A stretch of 64,000 bases of DNA, taken from positions 79,236,001-79,300,000 of the forward strand of contig OX597816.1 in assembly GCA_951406725.2 (NCBI GenBank), given 5' to 3'. The notes under the pieces are model-generated. The model did not search any database. It was given only the letters and a program-made list of their open reading frames with translations, and was not told where the DNA came from. This DNA is from Octopus vulgaris. Lineage: Eukaryota. This document shows, in pieces, positions 1-11,424 of this stretch. A program made the position numbers and the translations under genes. Every line of letters starts with the position of its first letter. Position 1 is the first letter of the stretch.

Positions 1-568
1 AACTTCGCATACTGGTAGAATGTGTTTATAAAACATCATTTTCTCTTCGTTTTATTGAGAAAATTCTATAGTTTGTAAGATATTTCGTCTGAAAATCCGA
101 GCATTTCGGCAATTTTAACCAATCGATTACCTCCATTCAACTAAAATCATTTGCTGCGTCTAAAACTGAGACAACATCCTGTAACTAACCCTAAACCTCC
201 CCCTAACCCTAACCCTAATTTTTTTTCTTAATTATTAAATTAATTTAATTCCATTGCTTTAGTTTTTTTACACCCGTAACAATTAAATTAATTTAACAAT
301 TAAGAAAAATAAATTAGGGTTAGGGTTACGGTTAGGGGGGAGGTTTAGGGTTAGTTACAGGATGTTGTCTCAGTTTTAGACGCAGCAAATGATTTTAGCT
401 CAAAAGAGAGCATAGGATTGGTTAAAATTAAAAAAATCAAACTACGTTAAACAAACAAATTACAATTTTCTCAAGAAAGCCAAGAGGAAAAAGGTTTTAT
501 TTTGACACATTCTATCAGTATACGAAGTTTTAAAGTGTTTAGTTAACTAGAAATTGTCTGCCGCTCAA
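1..568. mobile_element. Palindromic fold-back/MITE-like element with short telomere-like TAACCC/GGGTTA motifs in its arms (left end probably outside the window)
   Basis: 141-203 is a near-perfect reverse complement of 335-399; 1-25 matches the reverse complement of 504-529; short AT-rich spacer. Confidence 0.7.
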
Positions 569-777
569 ATAATCACAAACAGAAAAACAGTAAACAGGAT
601 TGGATAAAAAAAAACGAACAGGATGTAAAACAAGATATTAAAATCCCACAATATTCAGACACAAATGAACGTAAAAATACCAAGAATTCAAAAGAAAACA
701 ACTCACCGACGCGTATATCTATTTATATACATGAGAACACACACACATATAGTCGGACACTGTGCAGAAGCCTGTCT

Positions 778-778
<1 letters not shown>

Positions 779-866
<88 letters not shown>

Positions 867-883
867 GATCGATCGATCGATCT
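779..883. repeat. (TCTA)n microsatellite grading into (TCGA)n
   Basis: Direct reading. Confidence 0.97.
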
Positions 884-1210
884 AATGGACGTAAGTTGAC
901 TATAATTGTGTGTTTAAAAAGTTTTTATTGTCGAATATGTTGTGTTAAAAAGTTGTCCAACATACACTTCCAAACTTGATTAATATTTACATAGGATTTC
1001 GCCCCTCTGTGCGCGAAATTTCCAAAACTTTGAAGGTTTACGTCGATTCATTTTAACCAATTTTTCGTTTCGAATATGGTGGTTGGAAACCACGAGGCCA
1101 GCACGCAAGTCATGCGGAACGCTAGCGATGCGCTAAAAGCAACCGAGGAAGATTTTTCTAGCCTCCCGCTACCATTAGTTGCTGAACCTGACAGCTCGAA
1201 CGCCGCTGTC

Positions 1211-1242
<32 letters not shown>

Positions 1243-1399
1243 AAATAATTTCGCAAGGGCCATCCATCATCATCGCCACCAAAGACTTCAACTCTGCCGT
1301 CAACACCAACACTACTACTATAACAACTTTTGCTGCTACAACTACCCCTCTGCTACCGACACCACCACCACGAAGGACAAATCAAATTTTGCTGAAGCA

Positions 1400-2897
1400 A
1401 TAAAACAATAAAGAACAATAGTCAAATTCACCGCCCAACAAATAAACGACACAAAAGCTCTTCTTAGCATTCCAAAATAAATCGTAAAAAACACGCAAAA
1501 AAGAACGATCATTTATAAAATTATCAGCACGAAAACAAGAAGACCAGAGCAAGCACCACAACCAAAAATCGAAAAATACCTTCGTCCTGGCGGCACAAAT
1601 ACAGTACTGTCCAAGTTCGATTTCAGGACAAAAATCTGGCCAAACGGTTCTCAACACTGACTCTCCACACGGATGAGTTAGTGATGATACAACTTATTTA
1701 GGCCAGAGAGTGACAAAAGTTACAATAAAAATTGTGCCTCCGGAAATCGAGACACAATGGCTAGTATCTGCCATCTGTTTCGATATGGAGGACACAAACA
1801 TTCTAGAAATTGCTGTTTTAGAACAGCAAAATTGGATTGGCAAAACACTTGAAATCCTCCTGCAAATTGACCAACAATCAATAAATAAAATACCAACATC
1901 CATTGAACTGACAGAAGGATACAAGCTGTATGTAGTGGTGAAGGGCAGGCGGCCACGCGGCTATCTGTGCGGCAGCGAGACACATTTAAAAAGCCACCAC
2001 CACAACCAGAAAAATCCTGGAAGAAACCCCTACTAACCACACCACCATCAACGCAGAAGACAACAAAAGAAACACATCAACCAAACCCACCAACACCAAC
2101 AACTGAGAATACAATAGCAGCCGAAAAAACATCAACGACAACAACAGCAAAAACTAAAGAAACAAAAAAAAGAAAATACAAAGACTGATTCCCCTTCCCC
2201 TATACCACATACGCGTCACACACACAATCAACAACCAACAGTAATGAAAACAACAACACAACTATTTACACAAATATACATCGACGCTTACAATATGCCC
2301 TTACCCGCTTCCGATTACTCAGAAATTTCGTCGGAAGTCGAAAGCAGTGAGGAATGACAAATAGCCAGAAAAGGAAGGAGGAAGAGGAGCAAAAAAAGAA
2401 CCAAACCAAACGCAAACGCAAACAAAGCGGGGAGATATACAACTCTTGAAGACATTTCGAACCCTAACACAAACAACAGCAACACCATCACCAACACCAC
2501 AAGAACATATACAGCAGCCATGCTCACAGCCATAAACACTAAAAACACAGGATTGGTAGAATGCATCAACTCAAAAACAATCTTAACAGAAGATGACATA
2601 AAAACAAACAACCACCCACACACAACACCACCGGAATACATTAAAATATTACATATCTCACCAAGCCTGCACCATACACTAAAATGCATTTACCTCGGTG
2701 CGGTTGGTAAATGCCAGAAATACCTTTCAAGAAAACTTTATTGTGATCTCCTCGCGGACAAACCAAAGGAAGAGACTACAGTTCTATATTTAAGAGATGA
2801 GGAATTATGTACATTATTTACATTCGAAATTTTCCCAAGACACCTGATGAAGACTGGAGGGTATATCAGCCGAAATGTTGTGTTAACAACAAGATGA
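1400..2897 (+). pseudogene. Tx1 ORF1 remnant (zinc-knuckle nucleic-acid-binding protein), frameshifted
   Basis: VKGRRPRGYLCGSETHLKSH resembles a degenerate CCHC knuckle; T/K-rich linker; lies upstream of ORF2. Confidence 0.55.
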
Positions 2898-3015
2898 GGA
2901 CAAATATCCGTCGAATGTAAATAATGTAAATAATGTACAAGGAAGAGACAACAAAAACTTTTGAGTAGTAAGTAACTCTCTGTTCCTTTCATTTGTGTTT
3001 TAACTCGTTAGGATT

Positions 3016-6000
3016 ATGATCAAGATTGGTTGTGTTAATGCCCGTGGCTTGGGGTCCTTTTGGAAACAAGGGCACCTCTTAAATGACAAAGTCACACAAG
3101 TTAGAAATCATAGTCATATGTGAGACCAGACTCCATAATCCATAGGCCCTAAAGTCCAAGTTTGGCGGAGAGTTTAACATTTAATTTCCTCCCTGTCTAC
3201 CGAGAATGGGCGGGAGTGGCACGGCAGTACTTTTTCGCAAGAGTCTGGATCTCGAAGTAAAGACAATATTCGTAGACCCAGAGGGTAGACTGGTTGTCCT
3301 GGATGTCGACTCATATCAGTCTGCGCATCGCCTTTAACAGGTCAGCCGTATTTCTTTCGACGTCTAGAAGTGTTCCTAGGAACGTCTCGTTCTTTACTTT
3401 TAGTGGAGTATTGGAATTCTACCTTGGACACGCATCTTGACTATGTGGGCAGAGATAGTAAGAGGAGGGGTTGCAAATGCCTCAAAAACCTGCTCAGACG
3501 CTTTCAACTGTCTGACAGGTTTCAACTCGATCACCCGAATGCGCCAACGTGGACATGGAATAACCACATTGGGTTGTCGAGATCGTATCTAAATAGAATA
3601 CTGTGTAGGACAGTAGATAGGGATAGCGTAGGGTGTCCACAATTCCACATAGTCAGCAATACGGATCACAAACTTGTGACATGTACGCTAGACTTAGATA
3701 AGGCACAAAGGCAGGGTCCCGGCTACTGGAAACTGAACGCGTCTTTCCCGTCGAGACAGGTTTTCAGAGACCGGATTAGCACGCTAGTGAAGAGGGCTTT
3801 GACGGGAGCCATCATCAACAACAAATGGTGGTTTGCCCTCAAGAGAGCAATAAAAGACGAATCCATTAGGTATAGTAAAGTGCTTGCGATAGATAGAAAC
3901 AAAATAGAGGGTAACCTAGTTAAGAAACTAGAAGAGGCGATTAGAAGTGGCATCACATCCGACGTATTGGCGGTGAGGTTGGCCTTCGACCAACTCTTCA
4001 ACACCAAACACGAAGGGTGCGTTGTCAGGGCTAGGATGCTAGAAACGAAGGTGTTTGAAGCCGCGCAAGAGGCCCGGGTGGCGGAGGTGCAACAGGGAGA
4101 CAAAGCCACCATTCGGTTTCTGATGGATGAACAGGGGCGCGAATTACTCGAGCCTAGTAAAATGTGTGAGGCCTTTCAGCAGCACTTTGCCCAACTTTTC
4201 GGGACAAGTGGCGAGCGAGAACGCAGGGTGGACTTCAGTACCTGCCTGCATAACCTGCCACCACTCTCGGCAAGTGAGGCAGAGTGTTGCGAAGGTGCCA
4301 TCACAGCGGTGGATGTGCGGGACACGATGGCAGAGTGCACGAGGGACAAATCGTCGGGTTTGGATGGTCTGCCCAACGAGCTTTACAATTGTATGCCAGA
4401 CTTGTTTGAAAGCATCTTGGTAGCAGTGTATTGCAACTGACATCAAAACGGGAGCATCCCTGGTTTTGTAAGCCGAAGAGCCGTAACACTGCTAAAGAAA
4501 GATCCAAACAAGGGATAAGTAATCAATAACTTTAGGACAATCACTCTGCTTAATGCAGACTTGAAAATTTTAGCCAAGAGGTTGGCGCTTGTCATCGAGA
4601 AACTGGTCAACAAGGCACAAACGTGCGCTGTGCCGGCCCGAGCATCCATGACAACTCCACCTCATGTGCTATTATCATAGACAGGGTAGTTAAGGAACCT
4701 AGCATGGGTGGGGCACTGATCAATTTGGATCAATCCAAAGCTTTCAAAAGGGTAGACCATCGATACTTGGAGGCTGTTCTCATAGCGGCTATGTTCGGTC
4801 CCGTTTTCCGCGGCTGGATCGCTGCCCTATAAAAGGGCATCCGTTCAGTAATTCGCGTGAATGGGCATCTATCGAAACCATTCAACATTGCACGTTCGGC
4901 TCTCTCGTCGCTCCTGTACGTGTTGACCCTCGAGCCACTACTGTAGAAGCTAGCGACGCTGAGGTAACAAGAACGAAAATCAACCGGGAAAAGTCAGTGG
5001 GCTTGTGGCTCGGCACCTGTAGAAGCAAGCCCATGCCGTCCACCACCACCTCCGTCGTGGGGTGCTGAACTGACGGGCCGGCCGAGTTACTCGGAGTCTG
5101 GTCTGATTTGGTCCAGACCTCCAAAAGGAGAAGAACTGGAACAAAATAACGAGTAGGATGGCCGCTCTCGCCCGACAATGGGCCGAGAGGAAGTTGCTCA
5201 TAAAAGGTCGAGCGGAGGTGGCGAACACATACATCGCGTCCGTCATCTACTATCACCTGACCGTCGTACCTTCTCCCGGCCCTACCATCACCAAACTGGA
5301 ACGCATCCTCTTTCGCTTCTTGCTGAAAGTAAGCGTTCCAATGGTCAGGCGATCCGTTTGCTGTCAACAGCCGCTAAAAAGAGGGCTGGGCATGCCGTGG
5401 TTGATGATGCGCAGATACGTGCTGAGACTGCGACATCCCCGGCTCTACATAGACGACAGTAAACAGGTGTGGTCACCGTTTGTGAGGTGTGCTTTCCCGC
5501 AGCACTTCTCCATGACCGAACTGCATTCGTGGATCAAAAAGAGGCCAAGGAATGGTGAATGGCGCCGTGAGTGTAACGTTGCTCTCGAGCAACTATGCTG
5601 TACCAGGTCTACTTTGAGCGACTGCATCACAACCAAAGCATTCTATAAGGGATTAGTAGAGGGGAGGTACGATGACGGTCTCAGGGGGGACCTGGGCGTC
5701 GAAGAGGAATACCTGACCCACCTGTTCAAGACGACTTTCGGGCTGGGACCTATGGACAACTTCCAGAGATCCCTGGCCTGGCAGTGCTATCGAGAAACGC
5801 TACCCGTTCAGGATAAGCTCTACATGCATGGCTCGAGAAACACCCGAGATGCGGTCAGAGCGACGAAACCGTTCCACATGCACTTGTACAGTGTCCAACC
5901 ATTTCCGACCTGTGGGCCTATGTCGAGCGATTGCTATCGCGTGTGGGACGAGTCGCTTTATCAGTCGAATCTATCGTCAATATTGTCGCGCCACCTTCCT

Positions 6001-6250
6001 TCAAACGCGAAGGAAGAGTCATTTTCATCTTACTTGTGGCTGTGGCGGAAGAATGTGTATGGTGGATGCGTCTGAAAGGTCTAGAGACAAACACTTTCCT
6101 CTCTGGTCAATCTCTCATCAACTTCTTCAAGTATCACTTGAAGAAGAAGGTGAGAGTAGAGAAGGAAGTTTTGTCTAGTGAATGTTTCAATAAAAGATGG
6201 GTGAATGTAGCAAGGTGAATGACGAAGCCACCTTGAGCATAATTCTATGA
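3016..6250 (+). pseudogene. Tx1/L1 ORF2 (APE endonuclease, reverse transcriptase, C-terminal Cys/His domain) with many stops and frameshifts and a deletion across the YADD region
   Basis: MIKIGCVNARGL start, TDHK, GPGYWKLN, SGLDGLPNE, RTITLLNADLKILAK, LDQSKAFKRVDH, GLGMP motifs. Confidence 0.9.
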
Positions 6251-6576
6251 ACCAGAAAAAGAAAGGTAAAAAGCGAGTCACTTACTGTAATGTTTTTCTT
6301 TTTTTGCATGACATTATTGCTCGAGGTTACCGTGGTCTTTTCCGTAGGCTTTTCTTTCCACAGATAAACCTAATCTGTTTTCTTTTTATACACTTATGAC
6401 ATTTCTGTGATACACGATCCCTTTTGATCAGCGCCTTTTTTCTTTTTCACGATCCCTTTTGATTGAAACTTTATTTTTTCCCTTTTCTTCTCTTTTTTTA
6501 AAAGAAAAGATACACATTGTATTTTATCCCCTCTATATTCAGCCTTGTGTGGCCAATAAATTTATCTATCTATCTA

Positions 6577-7450
6577 GGATCTTTTCTTTTTGGATACCAA
6601 TTCTCAGTCTCTTCAATTTCTGTTCGAATAGATTTCATATTCAGTATAATGATATATTTTTATATGCTAATCAGTGCCATGAAAATCATTTTCACCATAA
6701 ATTGAAGAACTGGGGATGAGCCATTGCACATCTGTTGATTATAACAGTTATGTTAGAGAAGCATGTACGGAGGACTTGCTCCGTTATCCGGCTAAGGTTG
6801 GTGGTCTTGGGAAGATTGTTGAGATATTTGTTTTGTTAAAAATATTTAATTTGTAATGTACTATTTTGTTTTCTGATAAATCTCTTAAGTTTGTGCTATA
6901 AGTTATCTATTTTGAGAAATATTTAATTTGTAATGTGCTGTTTAGCGCATTAAATGCATATTGAATACTTAAAACAACAAAATGTTGTTTACTCGTTTTT
7001 TTCTTGTTTTTTTTTTGTCTTTGAAGTGGTTGTGAGGTGTGCTAAAAAATAACAGCTAAATAGGCCTTAAATCACGCACCCACAATATTTTTTGCATAAT
7101 CATATAAATTCACGTGTGTAGAATACAAATTCGTAAAACTTTTCTGAAAATTCCAAAAAATAAAAATGTTATGAAGGGTTATAGGTCGTGTGTAATTTAT
7201 TTATTTACGGTTTCATATAAAAACACAAGTGCTGAAAATGTTGACAAAATGTGCAGTCTGGCACAAAATGACAGCTTCCAAATGTTGTTTCCTCACTGGA
7301 TGAAAATTATCAGACTTTAAGTCCCTATAACTTTAAAAAAAAAAATCAGGAAAAAGTGAAATAATTTCAACAATTCAGCTTGGAAAACTACATTAAAATT
7401 TTCAACAAACTTTGATTTCTGAAATCTTAGCAGCCAAACAGAAAAGATCC
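6577..7450 (+). mobile_element. Merlin/IS1595-like non-autonomous DNA transposon
   Basis: TIRs GGATCTTTTCTTTTTGG (6577) and CCAAACAGAAAAGATCC (7434-7450), 16/17 match; 6731-6826 encodes SVDYNSYVREACTEDLLRYPAKVGGLGKIVEI, like the ISXO2/Merlin 'IGGxGxxVEIDE' motif. Confidence 0.7.
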
Positions 7451-7451
7451 T

Positions 7452-7452
7452 C

Positions 7453-7532
<80 letters not shown>
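7452..7532. repeat. (CTAT)n microsatellite
   Basis: Direct reading. Confidence 0.97.
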
Positions 7533-9456
7533 GTAAATGGATATCTATTCGCGTAAATGGACATCTATCGAGACCCTTCGACATCGCACGTTCGGTCCGA
7601 CAGGGATGCCCCCTCTCGTCGCTTCTATACGTATTGACTCTCGAGCCATTATTGCGGAAGCTGCCGACTCTGAGGGGCATCCCGCGAGAACTGGGATGCG
7701 GGACGATCGTGTCTGCATACGCGGACGACGTCACCGTCATAGTGTCTAGCCACGAGCACATCGAGCAGGTCGGCGAGACACTGAAAAACTACGAAGCGGT
7801 GACAGGAGCGAAAATCAACCGGGAAAAGTCAGTGGGCTTGCGACTCGGCCCCTGGAGAAGTAAGCCCATGCCGTCCACCAGCGCCTCCGTCGTGGGACGC
7901 TGGACCGACGGTCCGGTCGAGTTGCTCAGGGTCTGGTTTGGTCCGGACCTTCAAATGGAGAACTGGAACGAGATAACGAGTAGGGTGGTCACTCCCGCCC
8001 GGCAATGGGCCGAGAGGAAACTGTCCCTAAAAGGTCGGGCGGAGGTGGCGAACTCGTACATCGCGTCCGTCATCTACTTGTCCCGACCCTATCATCACCA
8101 AACTAGAACGCATTCTCTTTCGCTTCTTGTGGAAAGGATGCGTCCCGATGGTCAGGCGATCCATTTGCTGTCAACTCCCGTTAAAAGGAGGACTGGGCAT
8201 GCCGTGGTTGATGATGCGCAGAAACGCGCTGAGACTACGACATTTCAGGCTCTACGTAGACGACAGTGAACAGGTGTGGTCACCGTTTGTGAGGCACGCT
8301 TTCCCGCAACTCGTCTCCATGACCGAACTGCAGTCGCGGATCAAAAAGAGGCCGAGGAAGGGCGAATGGCATCGCGAGTGTCGCGTTGCTCTCAAGCAAC
8401 TCTGCCGTCCCAGGTCGACCTTGAGTGACTCCAACACAACCCAAGCATTCTATAGGGAATTAGCGGAGGGGAGGTACGACGACGAGCTCGGGGCGAACCT
8501 GGACGTCGACGAGGAATACCTGACCCGCCTGTTCGGGACGACTTTCGAGCCAGGGCCCATGGACAACTTCCAGAGATCCCTGGCCTGGCAGTGCTACCGA
8601 GAAGCGCTACCCGTTCGGGATAAGCTCTACAGACACGGCTCGAGAAACACGGGGCCGACCTGCCCGAGATGCGGTCAGAGCGACGAAACCTTTCTGCACG
8701 CATTCGTGCTGTGTCCAACAATTTCCGACCTGTGGGTTTATGTCGAACAACTGCTGTCACGTGTGGGACGAGTCGGTTTATCAGTCGAGTCTATCGTCAG
8801 TATTGTCACGCCTCCTTCCTTCAAACGGGAAGGAAGAGCTATTTTCATCATCCTTGTGGCTATGGCGAAAGAATGTATCTGGTGGACGCGTCTGAAAGGA
8901 TTAGAGGCAAACACTTTCCTCTCTGGTCAATCTCTTATCAACTTCTTCAAGTATCACTTGAAAAGGAAAGTGAGAGTAGAGAGGCAAGTTTTGTCTAGCG
9001 AATGTTTTAAAAAAAGATGGGTGAATGTAGCAAGGATGGCACGTATGAATGACGAAGCCACCTTGAGCATAATCCTATGAACCCGGAAATTGAAAACAGA
9101 GGGTTACCCACTTCCAAAAAAAAGTGGTAGCATGTAACAATATTGACCGAGGTTACCGTGGTGTTTTCCGTAGGCTTTTCTTCCCACGGATAAACCTTAT
9201 CTGCTTCCCCCTTTACACCATACATCATGACACTGTGATACACGATCCCTATTGATCGTTTTTTCCTTTCTTTTTTTCTTCCCTTTTTTCTTCCCTTTTT
9301 TCTTTTCTTTTGTTTCTTTTCCCTTTTTTTTCTTCTTTCCCTCTTACAATCCCTTTTGATCGAAAACCTACCCCACTTTTTTTTTCTCCAAAAAGAGAAA
9401 AGCTCTACTTTGTAATCTGTCCCGTTTGTGTGCAGCCCTGTGTGGCTAATAAAGAA

Positions 9457-9458
<2 letters not shown>
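7533..9458 (+). mobile_element. 5'-truncated Tx1/L1-clade LINE (copy 2, same family as copy 1)
   Basis: SVRQGCPLSSLLYVL, AYADDV, CPRCGQSDETFLHAFVLC; one frameshift near 8080; colinear with 4850-6560; AATAAA at about 9448 then (ATCT)n. Confidence 0.92.
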
Positions 9459-9539
<81 letters not shown>

Positions 9540-9570
9540 CATACATCCATACACACACATATATATATGT

Positions 9571-9617
<47 letters not shown>
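9459..9617. repeat. (ATCT)n then (GT)n microsatellites
   Basis: Direct reading. Confidence 0.95.
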
Positions 9618-9621
<4 letters not shown>

Positions 9622-9659
9622 ATTTTTGTGTATCGACTTGCGTCAGTTGCCTATCCTTA

Positions 9660-11008
9660 CATTTACTCCTCTACCTGCTCAAGTTTAAACCTCTTGAGCA
9701 CTATGAAGTTAAATGATTTAGATAGAGACTTGTTGTTGTTGAAGGATAAAGCTGAACTATTAGCATCTTGCCTACAAGAAAAGTGTTTGCTTGAGCAAGA
9801 TGTTTGTATTACTCATTTCAGGAAGAGAAATAGGGATCTTACTTCATGCTTCTCCTTTGTTTCAGTAATAACGCTGATGAGTTATTTCGCTGTTTGTTCC
9901 AAGAGGGGTGTTATGAAAACATGCATGTGCTCCTCAATGCCATAAAGTATACAAACTACGGCTGGAAAATATGTGGAGACTTAAAGGTGATTGGAATGTT
10001 GATGGGAATACAATCTGGGTTCACTAAATATTGTTGCTTTTTATGCCTATGGGACAGTTGTGCAACTAACAAGCACTATGTGCAATCAGAGTGGCCTTTG
10101 CGAAAATCATATGAGCCGGGTGTTTCTAGCGTCCAGAGTAAGCCACTTTTAAACCCAGAAAATGTTCTTCTTCCCCCTCTTCACATAGAGCTTGGCCTCA
10201 TGAAACAATTTTTGAAGACATTTACCAGGAAAAGCTCAAAAGGTTTTGAATATGTGAAGGCCAAATTTCCAAAAATCACCGAGGAAAAACTATTCATAGG
10301 TCCGCAGATAAAAGAACTCCTGAAGGACAACCACTTCCTCACAACACTGGATGAGATTGAGCTTAAAGCCTGGGAATCCTTCAAATGACTCTGTGAAAAT
10401 TTCTAAGGCAACAAGAGACCTCTAGAGTTTAGAAATGGAGTGAAATGTTTTCTAGACTCCTACGCTGCAAAGGGCTGTCGGATGTCACTAAAAGTCCATT
10501 TCCTTGATTCTGGCCGTTTTTGCAGAGAACCTTGGAGCAGTGTCTGATGAGCAAGGGGAACGCTTTCATCAAGATATTGCATCGATGGAACAATGATATC
10601 AAGGATTTTAGGAATGCAAGAATGTTAGCTGACTACTGTTGTATGTTATACAGGGATGAACCTGAGACAAAACACCATAAAAAGTCCAAATCCCAAAGAT
10701 TTTCAGTTGTTATGCATTTGAGTGTATTGTAACTTATTTGTACACAATAATTTTAATTTTGTACAATAAAAAGCCATGAAATTATCGTATCTTGTAATCC
10801 ATATACTTTACATAGACATGTTTTACGTATACTGTAAGTTAAAACAGCAGGTGACATTAACATCAAAATGTGACCTGACAGAGGAAATCGGACTTCAGAT
10901 TTGTAATCATTGGCTAAAATATAGGTTTCAGCATATATTGCAATTTGTATGAATCACCAGTAAAAATCCCAGTGTTGTAATGAATACATAAAGAAACTAG
11001 TCTCAGTG
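9660..11008 (+). mobile_element. Chapaev3-like (CMC superfamily) DNA transposon remnant, internally deleted, with probable 3' terminus ...CAGTG
   Basis: LNDLDRDL...KAELLAS, WKICGDLKV...GFTKYCCFLCLWDS, LLPPLHIELGLMK, GPQIK, SDEQGERFHQDI, MLADYC motifs across frames; family name assigned from memory of these motifs. Confidence 0.65.
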
Positions 11009-11138
11009 CTGGGAGTGCTTCTTTTCTTTCTTTCTTTTTTTCTCTCAATGCTATAATAAATTTTATAACCACCAAAACAAACTGTGGTAGATGAAAACTG
11101 AAAGAAACCTGCCAATATACATACACACACACACACAC

Positions 11139-11180
<42 letters not shown>

Positions 11181-11242
11181 AATAATATATATATATATAT
11201 ATGCATATATACATATGTATATGTACATACTTACATCTATAC

Positions 11243-11289
<47 letters not shown>

Positions 11290-11424
11290 TATGTGGGCAC
11301 AGGTCGTCCTGAAGCGTGTACAACAAAAAAATACGAAGCATGAGTACATGGAATATGAACTATTTTTTTGAACAATGAAAGACACACAAGACATCCAACA
11401 TAAAGAATGACCCTTCATCAGTTG

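Larger units (their letters stand above)
885..6560 (+). mobile_element. Near full-length, decayed Tx1/L1-clade non-LTR retrotransposon (copy 1)
   Basis: ORF1 remnants, then APE-RT-CCHC ORF2 remnants, T-rich 3'UTR, AATAAA at 6555-6560 followed by (TATC)n; 5' boundary approximate. Confidence 0.85.

Noticed and set aside
184-352. TAACCC/TTAGGG hexamers as a telomere or fusion site
   Set aside because: Only a few degenerate units embedded in the arms of a palindromic element
9846-10388. ORF as a host gene or domesticated RAG-like recombinase
   Set aside because: Flanked by frameshifts and stops and internally deleted; a decayed transposase
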